Shown here one piece after another: positions 21,412-32,021 of a stretch of DNA of 64,000 bases. The stretch is taken from NCBI GenBank assembly GCA_031416075.1, contig JANOSY010000055.1, positions 1 to 64,000 of the forward strand. The letters run 5' to 3'. A program made the position numbers and the translations under genes. Position 1 is the stretch's first letter. The number at the start of each line of letters is the position of its first letter. This DNA is from Candidatus Tenderia sp. Lineage in GTDB: Bacteria > Pseudomonadota > Gammaproteobacteria > Tenderiales > Tenderiaceae. The notes under the pieces are model-generated. The model was given only the letters and a program-made list of their open reading frames with translations, was not told where the DNA came from and made no database searches.

Positions 21412-21822
21412 ATGGCCCGCAATCGTCAGAAGATGAAGGGCCGCCGTGATGGCGGCTCGTTCATCATGCTCATTCATGCGCTGTTTGAGTGCCCTCACTA
21501 CTCCAGTCTATCCCCCAGGGCCGTAAAACTGTTTTTTGGCCTCTGCGGGCAGTACAGGGGCGGCAATAATGGCGATTTCACCATGGCGTGGTCAGTCATG
21601 CAGGCCAAGGGCTGGACATCCAAGGATCAATTGAACAAGGCGCGGTTAGAACTTCTTGAAAAAGGTTTCATTGTGCAAACCCGCCAAGGATGGAACAACC
21701 ATTGTTCACTGTATGGAGTGACCCTCTGGCAAATTGATGAGTGTGGCGGAAAGCTGGACATACCCCCAACACGCACGCCACTAGGCTGGTGGAAAGATGG
21801 CAAACCGGGTGAGCAAAATTAA
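21412..21822 (+). CDS. Winged-helix protein, candidate replication initiator
   Basis: LSPRAVKL...GNNGDF...GWTSKDQLNKARLELLEKGFIVQTRQG. Followed directly by a repeat cluster. Confidence 0.65.
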   Translation: MARNRQKMKGRRDGGSFIMLIHALFECPHYSSLSPRAVKLFFGLCGQYRGGNNGDFTMAWSVMQAKGWTSKDQLNKARLELLEKGFIVQTRQGWNNHCSLYGVTLWQIDECGGKLDIPPTRTPLGWWKDGKPGEQN

Positions 21823-21829
21823 AAACCGC

Positions 21830-21965
21830 GCCCCGTATTTAGTACCGATGTGCCCCGTGTGGCGGGGCAAAGAATAATAAGCAAGCGGTTAGGCCGACAT
21901 CATTGCCCCGTGGGGCGGGTCAATCAGGGCGCTTTTTCAGAAGTCTTTGCCCCGTATTTAGTACC
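21830..21965. repeat. Iteron-like cluster (candidate origin)
   Basis: GCCCCGTATTTAGTACC at 21830 and 21949 flank the palindromes TGCCCCG-N5-CGGGGCA (21851) and TTGCCCCG-N5-CGGGTCAA (21903). AT-rich tract follows. Confidence 0.75.
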
Positions 21966-22169
21966 CCTTTATATATGTACCATGGGGTAAGGAATTAATC
22001 AGGTAGGGGAGAGGGTTAAAAATTCATGATTTAAGCATTACAGGCCGTTGGGGTAGACATTCTTTTACACGCTCAGTTGAGGATTTCAGAGAACCATAAC
22101 CAAGCCAATTGACGCAAGGATAAACAATGCAAAACTCTCTAATGATTTCGGCAAAATATGGAGGCCAGA

Positions 22170-22781
22170 ATGGGCGGAATAGGTAGCGGGCAGTACAGTC
22201 GTTACGGCGCAAGTCACACCACTGACGATTACCGGCTAATTGATGTACGACGCTGGCAACGTGACGGGCTACTGACACCAAATAAATATTTCAGTTGGCG
22301 ATGGTCACGCCATGGCAAGGAAGTGGCCGCCATTAGAGTAAGCACGGAAATAAATCGGGTGACTCTCATCTATCGCCACAGAAACGACGGCGGTGACTGG
22401 AAAGATGAGAGCTATCCCGTGTGGCTGGACTGGACACCCTGCAACTATGGCGGCCAAAGGGCATGGTTCCGCTGCCCTGCTAGTGGCTGTGGGCGGCGTG
22501 TGGCGATTCTCTACAGCGGCGGAATATTCGCCTGTCGTCACTGCTACCAACTGGCCTACCCCAGCCAGAGGGAAACCGCCGATAATCGAGCCACAAGGAG
22601 AGCGGACAAGATACGTGAGCGGCTAGGCTGGGAACCGGGGATATTGAATGGCTATGGCTGTAAGCCTAAAGGGATGCACTGGCGCACCTTTGAGAAACTA
22701 TCCGCCGAACATGATGCTTTTGTCGATGTATCAATGGCTATGATGGCTGAACAGCTGGGACTATTAAAGATGCTGCTGTAG
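22170..22781 (+). CDS. Hypothetical protein with a Cys4 zinc ribbon
   Basis: RBS GGAGG. MGGIGSG, GGQRAWFRCP..CGRRV..LY....CRHC..LAYPSQ. Confidence 0.8.
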   Translation: MGGIGSGQYSRYGASHTTDDYRLIDVRRWQRDGLLTPNKYFSWRWSRHGKEVAAIRVSTEINRVTLIYRHRNDGGDWKDESYPVWLDWTPCNYGGQRAWFRCPASGCGRRVAILYSGGIFACRHCYQLAYPSQRETADNRATRRADKIRERLGWEPGILNGYGCKPKGMHWRTFEKLSAEHDAFVDVSMAMMAEQLGLLKMLL

Positions 22782-22851
22782 CGTTGTGGAAACCGGTGGG
22801 CCGGAGCGGTGAGTTACTAGAAACCACCAGCTACCCATATTAGGCTTGTGA

Positions 22852-23202
22852 CTATTTTGAGCAAGGGAACGAATCAACCAGCCCATAGAACAATATAAGC
22901 TCCACGGGTACTTCAGGCGTTTTAGACTCCTTATACTCCGCAATCTTCGCGTCAAGAATAGCCATGTAATTATCAGCATTTAATGTCATTTTTCTGGGAG
23001 GACAGTATAAAGGAGGGCTTCCCCTGTTTTCTAAAATCACATTACTCCACGCATAGCCATCACCAACACCATTTATATGGAACAACATAGAAGCTCTGGA
23101 TTTGGTTTTTAGTTCTTCATATCCTTGAACGTCAAGAGCGATTGCAGGTCTGGCAAAAAATAATGCTAAGAGTAATATCAGAACTACATTTTTATTTTCC
23201 AT
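22852..23202 (-). CDS. Exported protein resembling Rap1a/Tai amidase-immunity proteins
   Basis: Signal peptide (AIA-LD), YCPP and terminal FPC motifs. Confidence 0.55.
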   Translation of the reverse strand: MENKNVVLILLLALFFARPAIALDVQGYEELKTKSRASMLFHINGVGDGYAWSNVILENRGSPPLYCPPRKMTLNADNYMAILDAKIAEYKESKTPEVPVELILFYGLVDSFPCSK

Positions 23203-23389
23203 AGCTTCTTTTCCATAGAGCCTAACAGGCAATAGACGGGCATCCATAACGCCACAGTGTATTTAGCATTCAGACAACCGTATATTAATACCAATAGTAC
23301 TGAAGTACTGACGGTAATAGCATGCCAAGCATGAAGCCCTCCCACTCTAACCTAACCGTTAGATTATCTGCCATAGTTTTCTGTAGCTT

Positions 23390-23641
23390 TTATGGCACAA
23401 AGGTTGTGACCGTTGAATGCCTCAATAAGGATCGTACCCTAGGCAAGTCGGTCAATACGTGAACCTAGAGCAGCTGAAGACCGGTCTGGCCTAGCACTAC
23501 AAGCAATATGAAAGGGAGCAGCCGCCAACGGACCAGCGGGAATATGCTGAAGCAGAAGATAATGCCCACTCAATACACCTTGGCTTGTGGCGTGATACCT
23601 CACCCTTAGCCCCTTGGGAGTTTAGACATAGAGCCAAATAA
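23390..23641 (+). pseudogene. Thermonuclease (SNase) remnant
   Basis: VNLEQLKTGLA*HYKQYERE...YAEAE..A...LGLWRD..P..PWEFR. TGG->TAG in GLAWHY; 5' part is missing. Confidence 0.75.
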
Positions 23642-23977
23642 CGCGGCAACCACTCCCAGAACCAATAAATATTAAAAAGGCAAAACCATGGGACACACCC
23701 AGCACACAGGGGTAACTATGGGGGTAACAGTGAAAACACAAGACATAGAAAATCTTATATAACAAATAGTTAAGACGATGTTTCGGTAGTCGCCGCCCCA
23801 ACAAAAGGCTTCACAAGAGCCGAAGACGACCCGATAGGCCACATACAAAACGGCTTATCGGGTTTTTTATTACCCGTAACATTCCAAACGATCCTACTGT
23901 AGCAAAGGATTGGATTAATTTGGCCGCCTGATTACGAATGATCAACATCATCCACAAGCTAACAGTCACCACAATCT

Positions 23978-25081
23978 TCATTGTGGAATAGAAATCGTAC
24001 CCCGGCATTTTGGAAAGTTAGTGCACCCCCAAAACTCCTTACGATCATCACCGCCTTTTTTTGCGGCCCGCTTTACCATGGATGAACCACATTTAGGACA
24101 GACAGGGGCTGAATCAACACCTGGCTCCACACCAGCGGTAACCTCAACCTTCTCTGTTGTAGCAGGCTGATCGCCAGCAACAATCGCAACCACACCCCGA
24201 CACTTAGGAAACCCGGAGCAGCCATAAAACTCCTCACCAGGGTTTTTACCTTTTTTAGAAGAGCGCCTGACCATCTCTTTGCCACACTTCGGGCATTTGG
24301 GAGAATCACCGGCCTGCTCACTTATCGGCTCTGCAACAACCATCGCGTCAAGCTCATCCAGCGCAAACTTTGCCTTGTAGTTAATTGCTACTGGCTTGTG
24401 TAATAACGCCAGCTTATTGGCAAATGTAGTTAAGCTCTGTGTTGAAATAACCTTAGCCAGACTCATCACGAAAGAGAATGATTCATCATCAAAGTCTTTG
24501 TTAAACCGTTCCTTAAACTTGTCTGATTTCATCACCCCACTACAGTCATACAGCCCTTTGGTCGGTTTGGTGAGCCTCGATTGTGGCGATATCAGTACAA
24601 TGTTGCGGTAATTCGGTTTGATTTTGATGCCTAGTCTGGTGGGCAGCAGATCATTGTCATTTAAAAGACAATCCAGAAGTCTGATATGCCTCTCATTTTG
24701 TGCGATAGGCGATGGGATAGAGTATGGTCTGTTTTTATAAAAATAGCTGAAGTCACCCTCTTCAGAAATGACCACCCCACTATTGAAGTTCTTGGTCTCA
24801 ATCACATAAACATCAAGCATTCGGCCAATTAACAGATGGTCAATCTGGGCGACATCACCATCATGCTCAAGCCGCAGGTCATGAATCAGTACCCAGTTTT
24901 TAGTATTTCTGAAATCAAAGTCGAGATAATAAGAGGAGGAGTTTTCCCCCTTATTACCGGAATAAAGTGACTTCAACTCACGATCAATCAGACTCTTTTT
25001 ATCAGCCGGAAGATCACGCTCAAGAAGGTCAGACAAATAATCAATCTGCGCCTGACAATCATCTTTATTTTTAATGATCAT
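23978..25081 (-). CDS. NERD-domain nuclease with two C-terminal topoisomerase-type C4 zinc fingers
   Basis: GNKGE, HDLRL, QIDHLL, IETKN, SPIAQNERH. CPKCG..MV.R...FYGC..FPKCR occurs twice. Confidence 0.9.
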   Translation of the reverse strand: MIIKNKDDCQAQIDYLSDLLERDLPADKKSLIDRELKSLYSGNKGENSSSYYLDFDFRNTKNWVLIHDLRLEHDGDVAQIDHLLIGRMLDVYVIETKNFNSGVVISEEGDFSYFYKNRPYSIPSPIAQNERHIRLLDCLLNDNDLLPTRLGIKIKPNYRNIVLISPQSRLTKPTKGLYDCSGVMKSDKFKERFNKDFDDESFSFVMSLAKVISTQSLTTFANKLALLHKPVAINYKAKFALDELDAMVVAEPISEQAGDSPKCPKCGKEMVRRSSKKGKNPGEEFYGCSGFPKCRGVVAIVAGDQPATTEKVEVTAGVEPGVDSAPVCPKCGSSMVKRAAKKGGDDRKEFWGCTNFPKCRGTISIPQ

Positions 25082-25231
25082 TTAAATACCACTTAAAAAT
25101 ATTAAACAACAAGGCAAGACACCGCTCAAGCAACCCATCACAACCAACTAGCAGACAACACCTAAAACTGCGTGCGAGATAGCATATGCTGACGAAGGAG
25201 GCGCATCAGTCGATACACACAAATGATGCAC

Positions 25232-28200
25232 TTAGCCCCTCTGGTCCAGCACTCCCCCTCCCCCTCCCCTCCCTACAATCTCCATCAGCTTGCCAAAGCT
25301 GTTTACCACATCGTACTTCACCTGCTCTGACTTGATCTTGCGGTTTATCTCATCAAAAAACTTACGGGCGCATTCGATTTTTTTATCTTCAATGGCACGT
25401 AGCTGCATTGTAGACATGCTTCCCTTAGTCTCTGCCACAAAGTAAACATGCTTCACCGTCCCCTCTTTGAAAGAGATAGCCCAATCTGGGTGGTAATCAC
25501 CAACAGGGGTTGGGATAAAAAATCCACGCGGGAGCTTGGCGTAAACCACCACCTCAGTACTGCTATCCAGCTCGCTGGCAAACGTCCGTTCAACTGTCGA
25601 TTCCGTTACCACATAATCATAGATATGGTGCTTTAACTTCTCGGTGGCATTACTGAAGTCCTGCCTGCTCTGCCCGGCGGTGAAGATGTCGATATTGTGG
25701 GTCTCGGCAAGCTCATCGTAGGTAAGCTGTTCGATAATCACCGTTGCCTTCTGCTCTTTAATCAGGCGGCTGGCTTCGCTGATAAAGTGCTCGGGGTTTT
25801 GTTTGAACTGGGCAAACACAATGGGTTGTATAGCGGCCAATATCCCGGCGATGGTTCGGCGGGTGAGTTGTGTATTCTCTGCCAGTTTACCCAGCAGGTC
25901 ATACTTCACCATGGAGTGAATGGATGTGCCATGGGTTTCGGTTTTGGTGTTCTGCAACTTAAATCCGGCACCGTTTTTCGACTCATCATCCGTCACCTCA
26001 TCCCCTTGAACACCGACTTGAATGGTGTATTGCAGCGGACTGACACGCAGCTCTTTATCCAGCACCCGCACACTGTTTTGTATCAGTTCACTGGAATCAA
26101 ACTCCACGCGATAAACCGCCTTGTGATTGATACGTGCCCACAGCTCTTTGAACTCCTTCCTGTCAAAATTGGCATTAAGTGAATTGGTCTTAGAGGCGCG
26201 GTCATTCTCAGTCTGATTCAATTGCGTCTCACTGAATACGCTATCGATCAACCTAAATATCTGTTCTGCATAAGGTGCCAGCTCTGGCGGTAACTCCGCC
26301 AGCTCGCCCCTAGCTTTAGCGGTGTGATAAACCTCAGCAATTTGATCTGTCGCATCGTCGGTGTAGTCATTCTTCAACAGATATTTGTAGATCTGCTTGG
26401 CCATCACTGGGCTGATTTCCAGCGTGCCAGTGTCGGTTTTGATAATCTTGCCGCTGAAATAAGCCTCGTCCGCCTTTCTTGGTCGCGCCGAAAGCGAGTC
26501 GCTGATTTCACGTTGCAGGTTGGCGACAAAATCCTTGTAGCTTTCGCTCGCCACCACCGTCAGCACGTTGATCTCATGCACCGTGGCAGGATGATCCATG
26601 CGATCCCCCTGCTGATTCACTGACAGGCGCAGACCACGCCCGACTTCCTGACGGCGTGAGATGGTGTTGTCGCTGTGTTTGAGCATACACATCACAAATA
26701 CATTGGGATTATCCCACCCCTCACGCAGCGCTGAGTGGGAGAAGATAAACCGCACCGGCTCTTCAAACGAAAGCAGCCGCTCCTTCTTTTTCAAAATCAG
26801 ATCATAAGCATCCACATCGTCAGACAACCCCGCGCCTTCACCACGGGCTTTAAAACTCGGGTCAACCAAACGCTTGGATTTTTTATCAATCGAAAAATAA
26901 CCCTCGTGTACCTTGGCAGCCTTATCCCGTGCCAGATAGGTTCGATACGCCTCGTTATCCAGCGGCAACTCACTCAGATACTCACTCTTGAGTTGTTCGT
27001 ACTCCTCTTCAAACACGCGGGCGTAGGCACCATTTTCATCGGGCTGGCTGTAGTCGCGGTATTTCACCACCTCATCGATAAAAAAGAGCGACAACACCTT
27101 AATGCCCTGGCGGTGGAGCTGCTGCTCTTTTTCCAGATGGGACTTAATGGTTTCGCGGATTTGAATGCGGCGAATGGTCTCTTCTGTCACATCCCCCGTG
27201 GCATCACCCGCACTCAGCACCTCGCCATTGCTAAATTCCACGGTATCGTGGTGGGCATCAATCTGGGCAATCACAAAACCCGCGTATTGATCCAGCCCGT
27301 TAGAGGCATCAAACAGATTGCGCCCCTTCTCCAGCCGTAGCAGCTTGCGCTGAATCGTGCCGGATTTTAGTTTCACCTCCAGCTCCATACGCGCCACCGG
27401 AGCCTGTTTAGAAATCTCGATGGACTCCAGATAGAGATAGGCACTGGTCCCAGCCAACCCTCTGACGGTAATGCCACGCACCGCGATCTTCTTCACCAGC
27501 TTCTGGTTATAGGCATCCAACGCATCAAGGCGATGAATCTTGTTGTGCTGGGTTTTGTGGGTGGCGGAGTAACGCATGATCATCAGCGGTTTAAACTTGG
27601 CCAGCGCCTCCAGCGTCTTTTTGCCCTCCATCTTCTGCGGTTCATCCAAAATCAGAATCGGGCGATTAGCACTGATTACATCGATAGGACGGCGCGACTG
27701 AAAATCATCCAGCTCGTCATAGATGCGGCGATTATCCTTGCCCACCGCATTAAATGCCTGAATGTTAATCACCATCACATTGATACCGGCATCGGAAGAA
27801 AAACTCTCCAGATGGTGCAGCTGTTTGGAGTTGTAGATAAAAAAGCGCGCCTTTTTCCCGTAGCGCTCGGTAAAATGTTCCGCCGTTATCTCCAGCGACT
27901 TACACACCCCTTCACGAATCGCGATGCTCGGCACCACCACAATAAACTTGCCCCAGCCGTAACGTTTGTTCATCTCAAAGATGGTTTTGATATAGCAGTA
28001 GGTTTTACCGGTGCCGGTCTCCATCTCCACATCCAGATTAACCTTGCACCCGGCACTGCTCACCAACGTATCGGAGATGGGCAGATTTTGCAGCCGCTGC
28101 ACGGTGTGGATATTTTCCAACAGCTGTTGTTCACTCAGCTGAAACTCTGCATTTTTAAAACCGTACTCACTCGCCACGGTACTGCCAACGATCTTGCCCT

Positions 28201-28324
28201 TCGCCACATGGCCCGGATCAATACGGTATTGCAGCCCCGCTGTGTTCACATGGCCGGCAAAACAGTCCACCACCGACTCCACCGCATTGGTCTGGTAGCC
28301 TTGTACTTTGAATTTAAGCTTCAT
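25232..28324 (-). CDS. res: Type III restriction subunit Res
   Basis: [38 protein letters not shown]-terminal PDW...AETK nuclease motif. Confidence 0.95.
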   Translation of the reverse strand: MKLKFKVQGYQTNAVESVVDCFAGHVNTAGLQYRIDPGHVAKGKIVGSTVASEYGFKNAEFQLSEQQLLENIHTVQRLQNLPISDTLVSSAGCKVNLDVEMETGTGKTYCYIKTIFEMNKRYGWGKFIVVVPSIAIREGVCKSLEITAEHFTERYGKKARFFIYNSKQLHHLESFSSDAGINVMVINIQAFNAVGKDNRRIYDELDDFQSRRPIDVISANRPILILDEPQKMEGKKTLEALAKFKPLMIMRYSATHKTQHNKIHRLDALDAYNQKLVKKIAVRGITVRGLAGTSAYLYLESIEISKQAPVARMELEVKLKSGTIQRKLLRLEKGRNLFDASNGLDQYAGFVIAQIDAHHDTVEFSNGEVLSAGDATGDVTEETIRRIQIRETIKSHLEKEQQLHRQGIKVLSLFFIDEVVKYRDYSQPDENGAYARVFEEEYEQLKSEYLSELPLDNEAYRTYLARDKAAKVHEGYFSIDKKSKRLVDPSFKARGEGAGLSDDVDAYDLILKKKERLLSFEEPVRFIFSHSALREGWDNPNVFVMCMLKHSDNTISRRQEVGRGLRLSVNQQGDRMDHPATVHEINVLTVVASESYKDFVANLQREISDSLSARPRKADEAYFSGKIIKTDTGTLEISPVMAKQIYKYLLKNDYTDDATDQIAEVYHTAKARGELAELPPELAPYAEQIFRLIDSVFSETQLNQTENDRASKTNSLNANFDRKEFKELWARINHKAVYRVEFDSSELIQNSVRVLDKELRVSPLQYTIQVGVQGDEVTDDESKNGAGFKLQNTKTETHGTSIHSMVKYDLLGKLAENTQLTRRTIAGILAAIQPIVFAQFKQNPEHFISEASRLIKEQKATVIIEQLTYDELAETHNIDIFTAGQSRQDFSNATEKLKHHIYDYVVTESTVERTFASELDSSTEVVVYAKLPRGFFIPTPVGDYHPDWAISFKEGTVKHVYFVAETKGSMSTMQLRAIEDKKIECARKFFDEINRKIKSEQVKYDVVNSFGKLMEIVGRGGGGGVLDQRG

Positions 28325-29006
28325 CACTCACTCCTGCTAATTGTTCGAGTGACGTTAGCCAACCGTTAAATAACGGGCATTTTTCACGCATTGTCGCTAT
28401 GCCGATTTCTCTGGCGATAGCAATGCCGGTGGTGGTTTTTTTAAATTTACCGCCGGGTGACCATGCATCCAACCGTTTGCCGGGGGCAGTGTTAGGGCTG
28501 TTGTTGATTGCCTCAGGCGCACCACATTGAGCGATAACACCGTCTACTACCTCCTTATCGATGCCCACCCTTGCGGCCAGCACCTCACTATTGCTAAACA
28601 ACAGCGCTGCAAACTCATGAACCGCGAGGTAGGGGATAAAGCGGGTTTCAGCTCGCACGTTTGGATACTCTTGCATCACCGCTGACAGCGTTGCACCGTT
28701 TACAACCTCAGCAATCTTTGCAGGTACCGCCCCCCTTGGCACTTGGTCTATACCCGGCCACTCTTTAATTCCGTAATAATCGACAATCGTCGTAATGTAG
28801 GTATCTGAGCGCTGCTTGAGGTGATTTCTCAAATCCTTTATCGTACGGCTAAACTTCACATCCCCACCTTTTTGCCCAGGCTTTGAAACCAGGGTTGCCG
28901 TCATATAGACATTTCGTTCGGCAAGATATGGCTTGAGGATGGAATCTACAAAAACCTGTTCAGTTTTGCCCTCTACAATGGCGATCACCTCAACGTAATC
29001 ACTCAT
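28314..29006 (-). CDS. DUF4276-family (TOPRIM-like) protein
   Basis: [37 protein letters not shown]. Coupled to the ATPase and to res. Confidence 0.8.
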   Translation of the reverse strand: MSDYVEVIAIVEGKTEQVFVDSILKPYLAERNVYMTATLVSKPGQKGGDVKFSRTIKDLRNHLKQRSDTYITTIVDYYGIKEWPGIDQVPRGAVPAKIAEVVNGATLSAVMQEYPNVRAETRFIPYLAVHEFAALLFSNSEVLAARVGIDKEVVDGVIAQCGAPEAINNSPNTAPGKRLDAWSPGGKFKKTTTGIAIAREIGIATMREKCPLFNGWLTSLEQLAGVSDEA

Positions 29007-30111
29007 AGCTTGGGCCTCCGGCAATCACGTTTTTAGTCCACAATTCACCGACAGAATAATCCTCCAACCAAACAGAAAAATCCTTTTCCTCTAAACGCTT
29101 GAAGCTTGAGGCACCATTTTCTCGGTTCACCACCACAATATCCTCAATGGCAAACTGATCAATCAAGGCGGGTGATTGAGTCGCAACAATCACCTGGGTA
29201 CGGGTGGCGGCAGACTGAATAAGCTCCGCCAGAATCACAATGGCCGCCGGATGCAAACCCAACTCCGGCTCATCGATAATAATGGTGGACGGTGGCTTAG
29301 GTTGCAGTAGAGCCACAGCCAAACAGATAAAACGAATCGAACCATCAGACAAGTGATAAGGCTGCATAGGGTAGTCCGAGCCTTTTTGTCTCCAGCTGAT
29401 ATTGACCTCTTCTTTATCACCACTCTTGCGCGGAGTGAGAATAAAATCATCAAAAAAAGGTGTGACCAAGCGGATTGCATCGATGATTTGTTGGTAGACC
29501 GCACTATTTTCCTGTTTGAGTTTTAAAAGAAACGGGCCAATATTCGCCGCGTCAGCTCGCAACACAGCACTGTCCTGCACAATTGCATAATTGCGCATAC
29601 CCGCTGTTGAGCTGGTATCGTGGAAGTGATAAATCTGCCAGGAGGCAATGGCCTCATAAACAGGCCTGGAGTATTTAGCGTCCGACTTGTTTTGCTTAAC
29701 CTCCTCGGCCATTTTTGACTTGCCATCCTCACTATCCCCCAACTCCCACCATCCCGTTGAGCCACCACGGTAATAACGCGCTTCATCCTCAAGCGCACAA
29801 CCATCACTTGGGGTGGAAACTAGCTTGAAGCGAAAGCCATGGGAGCCAAAACGGGTCTCGAACTCCATTTTATCTGTCACTTTACGGCCATTAAAAAGTA
29901 GATCCCCCGCCCCGCCACTATCCCGCACATAACGATTCAGTTCACCATCGATCAATGACCTTAATAATTTAAAGAATGAGATGAGATTGCTCTTACCCGA
30001 ACCGTTGGCTCCCACCACCACATTTAGGTTGGTCAACTCAAAATCCACTAGGTCACGAATTGATTTAAAACCTTTAATGGTAATTTTATCTAACGCGTTA
30101 CTCATACCCAT
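28999..30111 (-). CDS. ABC/AAA_21-type ATPase
   Basis: IKGFKSI, GANGSGKSN, LSDGSIR, IIIDEPELGLHP, ATQS. Confidence 0.9.
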   Translation of the reverse strand: MGMSNALDKITIKGFKSIRDLVDFELTNLNVVVGANGSGKSNLISFFKLLRSLIDGELNRYVRDSGGAGDLLFNGRKVTDKMEFETRFGSHGFRFKLVSTPSDGCALEDEARYYRGGSTGWWELGDSEDGKSKMAEEVKQNKSDAKYSRPVYEAIASWQIYHFHDTSSTAGMRNYAIVQDSAVLRADAANIGPFLLKLKQENSAVYQQIIDAIRLVTPFFDDFILTPRKSGDKEEVNISWRQKGSDYPMQPYHLSDGSIRFICLAVALLQPKPPSTIIIDEPELGLHPAAIVILAELIQSAATRTQVIVATQSPALIDQFAIEDIVVVNRENGASSFKRLEEKDFSVWLEDYSVGELWTKNVIAGGPSYE

Positions 30112-30115
30112 CTCC

Positions 30116-31996
30116 TTAAATTGACTTCACGTCGGTAGCAGGTGAGAGCTGCTTAAAGATCTGCTCAACGTTGATCTTGACCGCGTCGGAGGCAAAGCCG
30201 TTGTCGCGGAACACCACGCGCAGTGGTTGATGCTGGGCCAGCGCTTTCACCAGCGCCTCGTTCACACCCGTATCAAAACAGGCGACCAGTGCGTTTTCAT
30301 CGACAAAAAAGAGCGTCTTGCCTTGAAGGGTTTGTTTGTGAATTGGCAGCGCCAAATCCACACCCCAATCCAACAGCACCTGAAACAGCAGGTCTTCGGC
30401 GCTGCGGTCGGGTTTAAGGTTGTCGATCTGGGCAAACAGATCGCCGTGCTGAACTTGGTCAGGGGTGTAATAGACATCAGCCATATTGGAGGAGTCGATT
30501 TTGAGGACACGGAAGCCGACATCCTTGTTCCAGCCTTCGTGGCATTCGCCTTCAAGGATTTCTTTACCGGCGCGGCGGATACGTTCTTTGCTGATTTCGG
30601 CGATGGTTTTGTAGCCTGCTTTGAATGCCTCTGATTTTTCGTCACAAATTTCAGGGAGCTGAACCATTATGAATTTACGATTACCACCATCTTCAGCGTT
30701 GAGTTGTATAACTGAATGAGCAGTCGATGACACACCTGCAAAAAAGTCCAAAGCAATGTCGTTTGGATTTGTAGAAATTAGTGCAACTCTCTTTAGTAGC
30801 TCAATAGGCTTAGGTGTTTCAAAGACTGACACGCCATCAAAAAGAGTGTTCAATGCGCGTTTAGCTGAGTCAGTTGTCCCCACTTCTTCCGCCCCCCACA
30901 AAGTATGGGGAGTTAGACCTGCATTCTGCTCTGAGAGAAATACCTTTTGTCTGGGTACGTTACTGCCACCAGCCCCGAACCAAATACGGTTGTCTTCTAT
31001 AAGCTGTTTAAGCTTGATCTCAGTAAAACGCCAGCAGTTACCTGACGGTAAATCAACTACTCGGCCATTAGGTGTTTTAATTGAATAAAATTGACTTTTC
31101 GTACCATGACCTGCTTGAGCAGTTATCGCAACGGATTGCCAATCCCCCCTTAGATCATTATCAGGATTCGAATATCGTGCTCGTGCTTCATTTGTAAGAG
31201 GAAGCAAATTTCTGACTTTCTCAAATAAAGTTTTTTCACGAGAAAAACAGACTATATAGTCATGATTTGTTGAAACCACTTTTCGATTTTCACGTGTTTT
31301 ACGTTTTTGCCATATAAAAACAGAAACAAAGCTATCATCTCCAAATAGCTCTCTACAAAGTGCTATTAAATTTGCCAGTTCCTTGTCATCTATGGAAATC
31401 CAGATAGAACCTTCTTCGCTAAGAAGATTTTTTGCCAACTTCAATCTTGAATACATCATCGTCAACCAATCCGAATGAAACCGCCCATTGGCTTCGGTGT
31501 TGGCCACCAAACGATTGCCCTCTTCGTCTTTTTGGTTGGAGCGTTTTAGGAACTCATCACTGTTTTCCGCAAAGTCATCCTCATAGATAAAATCTTTCCC
31601 AGTGTTATACGGTGGGTCGATGTAAATCATCTTCACCTTACCCAGATAGGTCTCCTGCAACAGTTTGAGGGCGTCGAGGTTGTCGCCTTCGATAAAGAGG
31701 TTTTTTGTGGTGTCAAAATCGACACTCTCTTCCCGGCAGGGGCGCAGGGTTTTGGCGATGGGGGCGTTGGCGGTGAGCAGCGCTTCGCGTTTGCCGGGCC
31801 AGTTGAGGTGGTAGCGCTCTTGCGGGCCTTCAACAATGGAATCGCTTAGCTCCTGGCGCAGTTGGTCAAAATCCACCGCCAGTTTCAGCTGACCATCGTT
31901 ACCCTTGGCCTCGGTGATGCAGTTGGGGAACAGCTCGCGCAGGCGGGCAATGTTTTCATCGGTGAGGTTGGGCGAGTGCATTTTTAGTTTGTTCAT
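30116..31996 (-). CDS. mod: Type III adenine methyltransferase Mod
   Basis: IEGDNL, IYIDPPY, RFHSDWL, TPKP, LDFFAG, AT-rich central TRD. Confidence 0.95.
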   Translation of the reverse strand: MNKLKMHSPNLTDENIARLRELFPNCITEAKGNDGQLKLAVDFDQLRQELSDSIVEGPQERYHLNWPGKREALLTANAPIAKTLRPCREESVDFDTTKNLFIEGDNLDALKLLQETYLGKVKMIYIDPPYNTGKDFIYEDDFAENSDEFLKRSNQKDEEGNRLVANTEANGRFHSDWLTMMYSRLKLAKNLLSEEGSIWISIDDKELANLIALCRELFGDDSFVSVFIWQKRKTRENRKVVSTNHDYIVCFSREKTLFEKVRNLLPLTNEARARYSNPDNDLRGDWQSVAITAQAGHGTKSQFYSIKTPNGRVVDLPSGNCWRFTEIKLKQLIEDNRIWFGAGGSNVPRQKVFLSEQNAGLTPHTLWGAEEVGTTDSAKRALNTLFDGVSVFETPKPIELLKRVALISTNPNDIALDFFAGVSSTAHSVIQLNAEDGGNRKFIMVQLPEICDEKSEAFKAGYKTIAEISKERIRRAGKEILEGECHEGWNKDVGFRVLKIDSSNMADVYYTPDQVQHGDLFAQIDNLKPDRSAEDLLFQVLLDWGVDLALPIHKQTLQGKTLFFVDENALVACFDTGVNEALVKALAQHQPLRVVFRDNGFASDAVKINVEQIFKQLSPATDVKSI

Positions 31997-32021
31997 GGCG
32001 ATCTCTTTTTTCAGCGCGGGT

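Larger units (their letters stand above)
18519..23804 (+). mobile_element. ~5.3 kb ssrA-integrated P4-integrase/AlpA element (phage-satellite/IME-like)
   Basis: Integrase next to the ssrA 3' end. Identical 17-mer ggggtaactatgggggt at 18634 and 23709. Degenerate ssrA 3' copy at 23782-23804 (16/23 identical, shared core cgccgcc). Confidence 0.8.

Noticed and set aside
30116-31996. Phase-variable mod (phasevarion)
   Set aside because: No simple-sequence repeat tract seen; the ORF is intact.
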